The translations under genes were made by a program, and so were the position numbers. Below, one piece after another: positions 8,810-15,974 of a stretch of DNA of 24,009 bases. The notes below the pieces were generated by a model. That model was not told where the DNA came from. It was given only the letters and a program-made list of their open reading frames with translations, and did no database searches. Positions within the stretch are counted from its first letter, which is position 1. Each line of letters begins with the position of its first letter. This DNA is from Actinomycetales bacterium (GTDB lineage: Bacteria > Actinomycetota > Actinomycetes > Actinomycetales > Kineosporiaceae). The DNA is taken from positions 1 through 24,009 of the forward strand of contig JAAYAH010000185.1 in NCBI GenBank assembly GCA_012719445.1, read 5' to 3'.

Positions 8810-10144
8810 TCAGCCTCCGGTGAGGGCCCGGTGCCAGGACCACGCCCTGCTGTCGGTGAGCGACGCGACCTGGTCGATGACGGCCCTGCGCCGCCCGGGC
8901 TCCCCCGCGGCCCGGGTCCAGGCCTCCGCGAACGGCGGTTCGAGCACGTCCGGAGCACCGGCGGTCAGCTCGCGCACCAGGTCGGCGACGACCTCCCGCT
9001 GCCGGGTGTACAGCGGCTGCCGGTCCTCGACGGTCATCACGTAGACGGCGGCAACGCCCTTGAGGGAGTTGATCTCGACCAGCGTGCCCCGCGGTACCAC
9101 GACGTCCCCCGCGTACCGGGTGAGCCGGTCGGGTCCGAACCGGTCCCGGGTGGCCCGTTCCACGGCGAGGGTGAACCGGCCGACGAGCTGGCTGGTCAGG
9201 TTCTTCAGGGCGGCCAGTGCCCGCAGCGAGGCGTCGTAGGTCGCCACCCAGGCGGGCATGGCCCGCAACCTCGCCAACGCCTCGACGACCTCCCCCTCCT
9301 CGACGTCCGGCAGGTACCAGTCCCGGACCTGGACGGCGACCCGGCGCAGCGCGTCGCCGTCCGCCAGCTCCCGCGGGTCGAGATGGCCGCTGACGACGGC
9401 GTCCTCGACGTCGTGGACGCTGTAGGCGATGTCGTCGGCCAGGTCCATCACCTGGGCCTCGATGCACCGCCTGCCGACCGGCGAGCCGGCGCGGAGCCAG
9501 GCGAACACCTCGGCGTCGTCGGCGTAGACCCCGAACTTCGACCGGGACACCCCTGCGGGCCCCTCCCCCTTGCCCCAGGGGTACTTGGTGACCGCGTCGA
9601 GCCCGGCCCGGGTGAGGTTGAGGCCGACGCCGCGACCGGACCGGGGGTCGATGACCTTGGGTTCGAGCCGGGTGAGCAGTCGCAGGGTCTGCGCGTTGCC
9701 CTCGTAGCCGCCGATGTCGGCGGCAAGGGCGTCCAGGGCCGACTCGCCGTTGTGCCCGAAGGGCGGGTGCCCGAGGTCGTGGGCGAGGCAGGCGGCGTCC
9801 ACGACGTCCGGGTCGCAGCCGAGGGCGAGCCCCAGCTCCCGGCCCACCTGGGCCACCTCGAGGCTGTGGGTCAGCCGGTTCCGGACGAAGTCGTCGGTCT
9901 CCGGCCCCACGACCTGGGTCTTCGCGGCCAGCCGGCGCAGGGCGGAGGAGTGCAGCACCCTCGCCCGGTCCCGGGCGAACTCCTCCCGGTGGGAGTCCTT
10001 GGGCGGCTCGTGCACCCACCGCTCGCGGTCGGCGTCGGCGTAGCCGGTCTCCGGTTCGCGCGTCATGCCCCGCCCGGCCGGGTCCCGGCCGGTGCTCGTC
10101 GAGCCCGTCTCTCCGATGGTCGCCATCCCTGAGGTCCTCGGCAC
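8810..10144 (-). CDS. dgt: dGTPase-like deoxynucleoside triphosphate triphosphohydrolase (HD domain); start uncertain (10144, 10126 or 10066)
   Basis: EFARDRARVLHSSALRRLAAKTQV...LTHSLEVAQVGRELG...CLAHDLGHPPFGHNGE match the dgt/HD-hydrolase family. dus-dgt co-orientation and proximity to dnaG fit the actinobacterial dgt-dnaG neighbourhood. Confidence 0.85.
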   Translation of the reverse strand: MPRTSGMATIGETGSTSTGRDPAGRGMTREPETGYADADRERWVHEPPKDSHREEFARDRARVLHSSALRRLAAKTQVVGPETDDFVRNRLTHSLEVAQVGRELGLALGCDPDVVDAACLAHDLGHPPFGHNGESALDALAADIGGYEGNAQTLRLLTRLEPKVIDPRSGRGVGLNLTRAGLDAVTKYPWGKGEGPAGVSRSKFGVYADDAEVFAWLRAGSPVGRRCIEAQVMDLADDIAYSVHDVEDAVVSGHLDPRELADGDALRRVAVQVRDWYLPDVEEGEVVEALARLRAMPAWVATYDASLRALAALKNLTSQLVGRFTLAVERATRDRFGPDRLTRYAGDVVVPRGTLVEINSLKGVAAVYVMTVEDRQPLYTRQREVVADLVRELTAGAPDVLEPPFAEAWTRAAGEPGRRRAVIDQVASLTDSRAWSWHRALTGG

Positions 10145-10159
10145 ATCTGCCGCCCTCGT

Positions 10160-11443
10160 TCACCCCCCCGATGCGGGCAGTTCAGCGTAGGCGAGATCGA
10201 CCGCCTGCGACCCCTCGATCTCCCGGCTGTCCAGCCACCCGTCGGGAAGAGTGACCCGCCGGGACGCACCGCCCCGCCCACGCTGCCCCTCCGCCGGCGA
10301 GCCGGGGTACGGCTGCGCGACGTCGAGACCCGCGACGACCTCGTCGAACTCGGCGAGCGAGGAGACCAACGCCAGCCGGGCCCTGACCTCGTGCCCCACC
10401 ACGTACCCCTTGAGGTACCAGGCCACGTGCTTGCGGATGTCACGGCAGGCCCGCTGCTCCGCGAGCGCCGGCCCGGCGGCCTCCCCGGCACCGACATCCG
10501 TCGCGTAGTACCCGACGAGCAGGACGACGTGTCGTCGCATGGTCGCCAGCACCTCACCGAGGGACGGTCGCACCCGCTCCGGGCGCCCGGCCATGCCCGC
10601 CACGAGGTCGGCGAACAGCCACGGCCGGCCGAGACAGCCACGGCCGACCACCACCCCGTCGCACCCGGTCTCGGCCACCATGCGGACCGCGTCGTCCGCC
10701 GACCAGACGTCCCCGTTGCCGAGCACCGGGACGGTGGTCACGACCTCCTTGAGCCGGGCGACGGCCGACCAGTCCGCGGTGCCCGAGTAGTAGTCGGCGG
10801 CGGTCCGGGCGTGCAGGGCGACGGCAGCGGCGCCCTCGGCCTCCGCGATCCTCCCGGCGTCGAGGTAGGTGAGGTGGTCGGCGTCGATGCCCTTGCGCAT
10901 CTTCACGGTCACCGGGACGCCGTGCGGTTCGGCCGCCCGGACCGCACTGCCGACGACCCGCGCGAACAGTCCCGACTTCCAGGGCAGCGCGGAGCCCCCT
11001 CCCTTGCGGGTGACCTTGGGCACCGGGCAGCCGAAGTTGAGGTCGACGTGGTCGGCCCGGCCCTCGGCGAGCAGCATCCGGACGGCGGAGCCGACGATGT
11101 CGGGGTCCACGCCGTACAGCTGGACGCTGCGCGGATGCTCGTCGGGATCGTGGGTGATCAGGCGCAGGGACTCCTCGTTGCGTTCCAGGAGCGCGCGCGA
11201 GGTGACCATCTCGCTGACGAACACCCCGGCGTCCGCCGCGAGGCCCGGCCTGCGACCCCTGCCGGGGTCCTGCCCGGCGTCCGCCCCGGTGCACTGACCG
11301 GCCCCGGGTGCGGCAGGGTGACCGCCGAGAGCCCACTCCCGGCACAGCCGCCGGAACGCCCGGTTGGTGATCCCCGCCATCGGCGCGAGCACCACAGGGG
11401 TCGCGACGTCGATGGGTCCGATCCGCAACGGCACGACATCCAT
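10160..11443 (-). CDS. dus: tRNA-dihydrouridine synthase (Dus family)
   Basis: VLAPMAGITNRAFRRLCRE...VDLNFGCPVPKVTRKGGGSALP...VTVKMRKGID...ALHARTAADYYSGTADW...VLGNGDV match Dus. Start taken at MDVVPLRIG (CAT at 11441-11443 verified). The ORF extends upstream to 11665, probably not translated. A ~35-aa Gly/Ala/Pro-rich insertion follows the PMAG motif. Confidence 0.85.
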   Translation of the reverse strand: MDVVPLRIGPIDVATPVVLAPMAGITNRAFRRLCREWALGGHPAAPGAGQCTGADAGQDPGRGRRPGLAADAGVFVSEMVTSRALLERNEESLRLITHDPDEHPRSVQLYGVDPDIVGSAVRMLLAEGRADHVDLNFGCPVPKVTRKGGGSALPWKSGLFARVVGSAVRAAEPHGVPVTVKMRKGIDADHLTYLDAGRIAEAEGAAAVALHARTAADYYSGTADWSAVARLKEVVTTVPVLGNGDVWSADDAVRMVAETGCDGVVVGRGCLGRPWLFADLVAGMAGRPERVRPSLGEVLATMRRHVVLLVGYYATDVGAGEAAGPALAEQRACRDIRKHVAWYLKGYVVGHEVRARLALVSSLAEFDEVVAGLDVAQPYPGSPAEGQRGRGGASRRVTLPDGWLDSREIEGSQAVDLAYAELPASGG

Positions 11444-11495
11444 TCTGGCAATCGCCTCTGACACCGCGACGCCCGGCAGTTGATGCCAGGAACTC

Positions 11496-11630
11496 GCCCC
11501 CCCCGGAACCACTCCCGCTGTCACGGATCGTGATCTCGGCGATCGCGTGACCGCGCAGGCCACCGGGAGACCACTCCCGCTGTCACGGATCCAGCGACCG
11601 ACCCCGTATCGGAGTCCCTTTTCGATACCC
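11496..11630. promoter_or_regulatory. Regulatory-looking intergenic block with a C8 homopolymer, two perfect 21-bp direct repeats and a short palindrome
   Basis: C8 homopolymer at 11497-11504. Two perfect 21-bp direct repeats CCACTCCCGCTGTCACGGATC at 11509-11529 and 11571-11591 (62-bp period). Small palindrome GTATCG-11nt-CGATAC at 11606-11628. The block lies between divergent dus (start 11443, -) and operon gene 1 (start 11687, +). Confidence 0.5.
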
Positions 11631-11686
11631 TGCGTGTCGCCGGTCGTGGCAGCACGGGGATGCACCGAGGACGACCAGGGGGACGC

Positions 11687-11974
11687 GTGGCAGATCTGAA
11701 CATCGACACGGCAGTACTACGGGAGGCCGGCGCGCAACTGCGGATTGTCGCCACCGAGTTCGTCCACGCCAACGTGCGCAGCGACGACGTGGCCGAAGCC
11801 GTCGGGCACGATCGACTCGCCGAGCGGATCCGCGACTTCGCCCACAACTGGGACGACAAGCGGGAGCAGATGGTCGAGGGTGTCGGGCAGCTCGCCGAGA
11901 TCGCCAGCGGGGTCGGTGAGGTCTTCGAACAGGTGGAGACCGAGTTCGTCAAGGCCCTGGAGGGCGGGTCGTGA
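11687..11974 (+). CDS. Small (~95 aa) all-helical protein with a central W-x-D turn; WXG100/Lap-like candidate; first gene of the six-gene operon
   Basis: GTG at 11687 with GGGGGA RBS 4-10 nt upstream (alternative ATG at 11660). VADLNIDTAVLREAGAQLRIVATEF...FAHNWDDKREQMVEGVGQLAEIASGVGEVFEQVETEF. The stop TGA overlaps the gene 2 GTG (GTGA at 11971-11974). Confidence 0.55.
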   Translation: MADLNIDTAVLREAGAQLRIVATEFVHANVRSDDVAEAVGHDRLAERIRDFAHNWDDKREQMVEGVGQLAEIASGVGEVFEQVETEFVKALEGGS

Positions 11975-13473
11975 GCCGCCCGATCGACTGGACACCGCTG
12001 GGCCGCTCCCGCGACCCCGTCCCCGGCGATCCGTTGGTCGTCGAGACGACGGGCAGGCACTACCAGGAGGTGGCCCAGACCATCACCACGGCAGCCGAGC
12101 GGCTGCGAAGGATCGCCGATCACGAGCAGATGACCAGCAAGGCCGTCGAAGCCTTCCGGGAGAAGGCCGAGCAGGTCGCCACCGACATCCAGAAGGCCCA
12201 CCAGCGATATCAGGCCGTCGGCGATGCTCTGGTCACCTACGCCGCCCACCTCTCCGATGCCCAGGACACCTCCGTCGAGGCGTTGACCAAGGCTCGGGTC
12301 GCCGAGACCGACAAGCAGCTCGCCGACCGCAAGGCCGAGACCGCCCGCACCGCCGCCGAGACCGCGACCGACCCCGACACCCGCGCCGTCCAGGAGGCCG
12401 CTGCCCGACAGGCCGAGGACGACGTCGCAGCCGCCGAGCGGGAACTCGCCCGGGCCACCGGCCTGCTCGCCACCGCGATCGAGCTCCGCGACCGCGCCGC
12501 GACCGCCGCCATCGCCCTCATCGACCCCGCCCTGAGCAGCGGCGGACTGACCGACAACTGGTGGGACGACTGGGGTCGGGTCACCGTCCAGTGGATCTCC
12601 AAGATCTCCGGGGCAGTGGCCGCCGTCTGCGGCATCCTCTCCCTGGTCGTCGGCTGGATCCCTGTCATCGGCCAGGCCCTAGCCGCGATCCTCGGCACCA
12701 TCGCCCTCATCGCCTCGATCATCTCCCTGCTGGCAAACCTCACCCTGGCGCTGACGGGCGACGGCAGCTGGTCGGCCGTCGTCCTCGACGTCATCAGCGT
12801 CGCCACCTTCGGCCTGGGCCGGGTAGCCAGCGCGTCCGCGCGGCTGAGCTTCCAAGGAGCCAAGGGCTCGGCACGGCTCGCGGCGGGACGTCTCGCAGCA
12901 CAATCCCCTGGAGTGCGTTCTGCACTCGGTCTCCCGGCCAACGCCTCGGCCAGGGAGGTTATCCGCAGGTTACTGAAATCAGACGATCTTGCAGCACTCA
13001 GCCGGAGATCAGCACGACGAATGGCCAAGAACGCGAACCGTCATGGCCGGATCTTCTCCGCATCCAGCACCTCACGCTCGCTCAGCTCCATCGGGACGGA
13101 CTTCACCGACTCATTGCGCACGGTATCCCAGAGAACCAGTTGGAACAACATCGTCAGCAAGACCCGAACCGAGTTCAGCGAAATCGTCGATCTGGCGCGG
13201 TCTCAACAATTCATGCCCGCTCTCGACCGCGCACTGGGGGAAGCAGGAATCGCCACTGATTTCCAAACGCTCAGCAGAATGGAGACGTCGCTACTCGGAC
13301 AGACGGAGGTGAGCACCTCGATCAGCAGGGCCGTTTCCAGTAACCGCACGTTTTTCTTGTCCACAGCTATCAGCGCTGGAGTTGACTCCTACCAGTTGGT
13401 AGCCACAGGGTCCGGTTCCCAAGAGAACGGTCCCGCGCAGCTACACGTCCCGGTGCCAACAGGATCGCGATGA
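11971..13473 (+). CDS. 500-aa membrane protein: N-terminal ~215-aa helical domain, 2-3 TM helices, C-terminal ~175-aa domain encoded in lower-GC DNA; candidate polymorphic-toxin-like protein
   Basis: N-terminus MSRPIDWTPLGRSRDPVPGDPLVVETTG... is followed by long A/E/R/T-rich helices. TM block ISGAVAAVCGILSLVVGWIPVIGQALAAILGTIALIASIISLLANLTLAL. GC drops from ~70% to ~50-55% from ~12950 (about aa 325) to the stop. The stop overlaps the next start (ATGA). Confidence 0.65.
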   Translation: MSRPIDWTPLGRSRDPVPGDPLVVETTGRHYQEVAQTITTAAERLRRIADHEQMTSKAVEAFREKAEQVATDIQKAHQRYQAVGDALVTYAAHLSDAQDTSVEALTKARVAETDKQLADRKAETARTAAETATDPDTRAVQEAAARQAEDDVAAAERELARATGLLATAIELRDRAATAAIALIDPALSSGGLTDNWWDDWGRVTVQWISKISGAVAAVCGILSLVVGWIPVIGQALAAILGTIALIASIISLLANLTLALTGDGSWSAVVLDVISVATFGLGRVASASARLSFQGAKGSARLAAGRLAAQSPGVRSALGLPANASAREVIRRLLKSDDLAALSRRSARRMAKNANRHGRIFSASSTSRSLSSIGTDFTDSLRTVSQRTSWNNIVSKTRTEFSEIVDLARSQQFMPALDRALGEAGIATDFQTLSRMETSLLGQTEVSTSISRAVSSNRTFFLSTAISAGVDSYQLVATGSGSQENGPAQLHVPVPTGSR

Positions 13474-14075
13474 CTTTCAACGACACCTGTCCACACAAGC
13501 AAGCACTCGTCGGATACCGCCTGAGTGCACCAGCGAGTTGGGCGGCACTCCCCCTGGAAGGCGAATCCGGGTGGGTGGACGAGGTTATAGCACTGCTGGC
13601 TCCCCGTCCCGAGACAAGGGCGACACTGCGGCAAGATCTCCAACTGGTTCATCGCGCACTGAACTCTGAGCAACACCTCGGAATCGGCGCGTGGATGCCG
13701 TTCCCCGAGACCGGGTCAGTGTTAGGTGCCATGGCCGTCGACTTGATGATTCCGAACGAGGGATCCGGAAAAGCCGTGGACATCGACGAGTACCGCGAGT
13801 TACTCGCCACCGTCAAACGGCAGGGAGTAAGGGTCATCTCACGGGAAATCTTCCGGGACACCGTGAACGCTGGTCCTTGCCTCACCGCCAGAGAGACAGT
13901 CATGATGGATCGGAGAGTCGTCGAGTACCATGTGGTCTACTCCGTTTTCCCACTGGACTCCTGCGATGCCATTGAACTCACATTCTGCACCCCCCATCTC
14001 GAACTCGCAGCAGCCCTCGACACCGACAGCCGACTGATAGCTGACTCGCTCACCTTGTCAACAGGTGAACGATGA
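13470..14075 (+). CDS. Hypothetical soluble protein, 201 aa (paralog A of a tandem pair), low-GC
   Basis: ATGA-coupled to both neighbours. Shares with the next gene an N-terminal L-x-L/S-P-A-x-W-x-x-x-P-L motif and a C-terminal (L/E)L(T/C)F(C/S)TP...L(E/D)...(L/I)...S(L/V) motif. Confidence 0.6.
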   Translation: MTFNDTCPHKQALVGYRLSAPASWAALPLEGESGWVDEVIALLAPRPETRATLRQDLQLVHRALNSEQHLGIGAWMPFPETGSVLGAMAVDLMIPNEGSGKAVDIDEYRELLATVKRQGVRVISREIFRDTVNAGPCLTARETVMMDRRVVEYHVVYSVFPLDSCDAIELTFCTPHLELAAALDTDSRLIADSLTLSTGER

Positions 14076-14743
14076 TCAATACCTTCCGCGTATCCGGCCA
14101 TCAGCTGGACCTCGTTCTTCCGGCTACCTGGGTAACCATCCCCCTGCAACCGCAGAGCGTGCGGGCCCGAGATGTGCGGATTCTCGTCCAACGCCAGTTC
14201 CGGGGGGTCGACAACCAACCGCTGCTCCGAACCGAGACGGAACACCAACTCCTTGTGTCCGCTGACCGCGCAGCTGATGCAGGAGCCGACTTCCTCGCCC
14301 TGTCCCTCATGCAGGTCGCCGGTGTGCCCATCCCGGCCTCCATGGTTGCTCACTCGATTCCACTGGAGTCGGGTGACCCTAGAGAGAGCACCGGGTGTCT
14401 CGCTGTCCTCGATCGCATCATAGAAAGTCTCGGTGATGTCGAGAGCCAGCATCCCGCAGCCCGACTCGCCCGCGGCAGGGTGGCAGCGGGGGATGTGCTT
14501 CGTAGAGTCGCCCACCGCCCTGGTCATGGCATCGAGGGCTCAGATCCGCCCACGGTGATCGTCGCGGACTACTGGCTCCCTTGGCCAGACGACCATGGCA
14601 CCGCGCTCCTGTGCTTCTCTACCCCGCTGACCACACACCAGGAACCCATGCTCGAACTCTTCGACGCCATCGTGGAGAGCGTTCACTGGACCTCACCCGG
14701 TGATTCGGAGGACATTGATCCAGAGGAGATCCGTGACCGCTGA
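14072..14743 (+). CDS. Hypothetical soluble protein, 223 aa (paralog B of the tandem pair), intermediate GC
   Basis: ATGA-coupled upstream. Shares motifs with the 201-aa protein (LDLVLPATWVTIPL ; ALLCFSTPLTTHQEPMLELFDAIVESV). Confidence 0.6.
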   Translation: MINTFRVSGHQLDLVLPATWVTIPLQPQSVRARDVRILVQRQFRGVDNQPLLRTETEHQLLVSADRAADAGADFLALSLMQVAGVPIPASMVAHSIPLESGDPRESTGCLAVLDRIIESLGDVESQHPAARLARGRVAAGDVLRRVAHRPGHGIEGSDPPTVIVADYWLPWPDDHGTALLCFSTPLTTHQEPMLELFDAIVESVHWTSPGDSEDIDPEEIRDR

Positions 14744-15974
14744 TTCCGACCAGATACACCGAGACGACAGCCCGAACGGGTCGGCTGAGCTGGCCCCGAT
14801 GTCCCCCACCAGGCCGTCGGTTGCTGACTGCGCGCGCCTCGTTGCCGCTCCGGGAACCATCATCATCGACCTACCGGGGCGTGATCGGCGCGAGTTCCGA
14901 GTACCCGAGGACGCGTCAGCCGCTGGAGTCATCAAGGGCCATTCCAGCTCATATTTCGTGTTAACAACGTCCTTGGGCAGGCCCGTCGCAGCATTCCCCA
15001 TGACAGAATGGGTCCCACCCGGCGAACTCATAAACTTCGATCTTCTCACCTCACGCAATACAAACGGGCGAGCACGAGCTCACCTACCTTGGCCGCTCGA
15101 CGAGTTCATCTCGACCGGAGGTCTGGATTCGTCACCGGTTGTTATTTCGGATACCCCTCCCGAGTGCGAGATACACCGGGTCATCCCACCCAGCCGTGCC
15201 GGCGCCATCTCGTTTGTTCTATCCTTCTTCGGCCCGATCCTTCTTCTCGTTTCGATTCTCATCACAGAATTCCTCGCATCACTGCTGGAAAACAGGGGGA
15301 TCACCAACGCAGTCAGCCCAATCGCTTTCACCCTTATCACCTCGTCTGTCATCGCCCAAGCCGGTGCATTGGGTGCCGTCTGGCACATCACGTATTCACA
15401 TACATCACCTCCCCGAGGAATGCAACCCAGGACACTCCAACCAATTCCCGATCACCCGCTCCCCCGACTGTTCACCCGATCAGCAAGCATTCAGATCGAC
15501 GACATGGGGACATTGGTGAGTGATGTCGACCGAATGGCGATCCGATTCCCGACGCGAGGTATCGTCGCGATCACGAATTGGGTCGTTCACACCGACAAGG
15601 GATCACCAGTATCACTGGATCTCTGCGCTGGAGACCGCTGCCTTGTCCGACTGCCCTGGTCCGATTGGTTCCCCGATACGTCTATGGATCACATCACGAA
15701 AGCACTGCGCCTGCAACCAGAGCTGCGACCTGCGGAAAAACAGGGGACTGTCATCTCACCTCAAGTCGTCAATGACAGGAAACCCACCGTCGGCCCGGAT
15801 CTCAGGTTGACGGTGCTCATGCTTCTGACCTGCTCACTGGCTTTCATGTCGGCTGTCGGTTACTCGCCCGGACTCGCAACCGTGACACGCATCTCGAGTG
15901 GAGGTGCCATAGCCCTGATCCTCTCGTTCCATGCCCTCGCAACAGTCCTCATCAAGTGGGGCGAGCGTTCTTGA
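14700..15974 (+). CDS. Four-TM membrane protein P1 (~415-424 aa), low-GC copy of a tandem paralog pair; start may be GTG 14700 or the in-frame GTG at ~14734
   Basis: N-terminal soluble domain (EWVPPGELINFDLLTS...HLPWPLDEFIS), TM pair (AISFVLSFFGPILLLVSILITEFLASLL ; VSPIAFTLITSSVIAQAGALGAVW), a middle domain (RLPWSDWFPDTSMDHITKALRLQPE) and a C-terminal TM pair. It overlaps the upstream stop, and its stop overlaps the next start. Confidence 0.65.
   Translation: MIRRTLIQRRSVTADSDQIHRDDSPNGSAELAPMSPTRPSVADCARLVAAPGTIIIDLPGRDRREFRVPEDASAAGVIKGHSSSYFVLTTSLGRPVAAFPMTEWVPPGELINFDLLTSRNTNGRARAHLPWPLDEFISTGGLDSSPVVISDTPPECEIHRVIPPSRAGAISFVLSFFGPILLLVSILITEFLASLLENRGITNAVSPIAFTLITSSVIAQAGALGAVWHITYSHTSPPRGMQPRTLQPIPDHPLPRLFTRSASIQIDDMGTLVSDVDRMAIRFPTRGIVAITNWVVHTDKGSPVSLDLCAGDRCLVRLPWSDWFPDTSMDHITKALRLQPELRPAEKQGTVISPQVVNDRKPTVGPDLRLTVLMLLTCSLAFMSAVGYSPGLATVTRISSGGAIALILSFHALATVLIKWGERS

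Larger units (their letters stand above)
12950..15960. other. Compositionally distinct ~3 kb lower-GC segment (about 50-60% vs ~70% flanks): gene 2 C-terminal domain, both small paralogs and P1
   Basis: Hand-estimated GC per 60-nt line drops near 12950 and returns to ~70% exactly at the P1/P2 junction. Confidence 0.6.

Noticed and set aside
8001-10163. 720-aa minus-strand ORF, and many other 200-700-aa ORFs overlapping annotated genes in other frames (e.g. 4431-6509 +, 6589-8724 -, 11745-13259 +, 15931-17079 +, 22654-24003 -, 20686-22053 +)
   Set aside because: These are low-complexity Arg/Gly/Pro/Ala-rich translations with no recognisable domains. They are fully overlapped by genes with clear homology in another frame. 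This is the expected stop-codon-poor artefact of ~70% GC DNA.
10160-10170. C7/G7 homopolymer at the dus stop codon region as a phase-variation site
   Set aside because: It lies at the extreme 3' end of dus, encoding the terminal Gly-Gly. Slippage would change only the last residues, so a regulatory role is unlikely.
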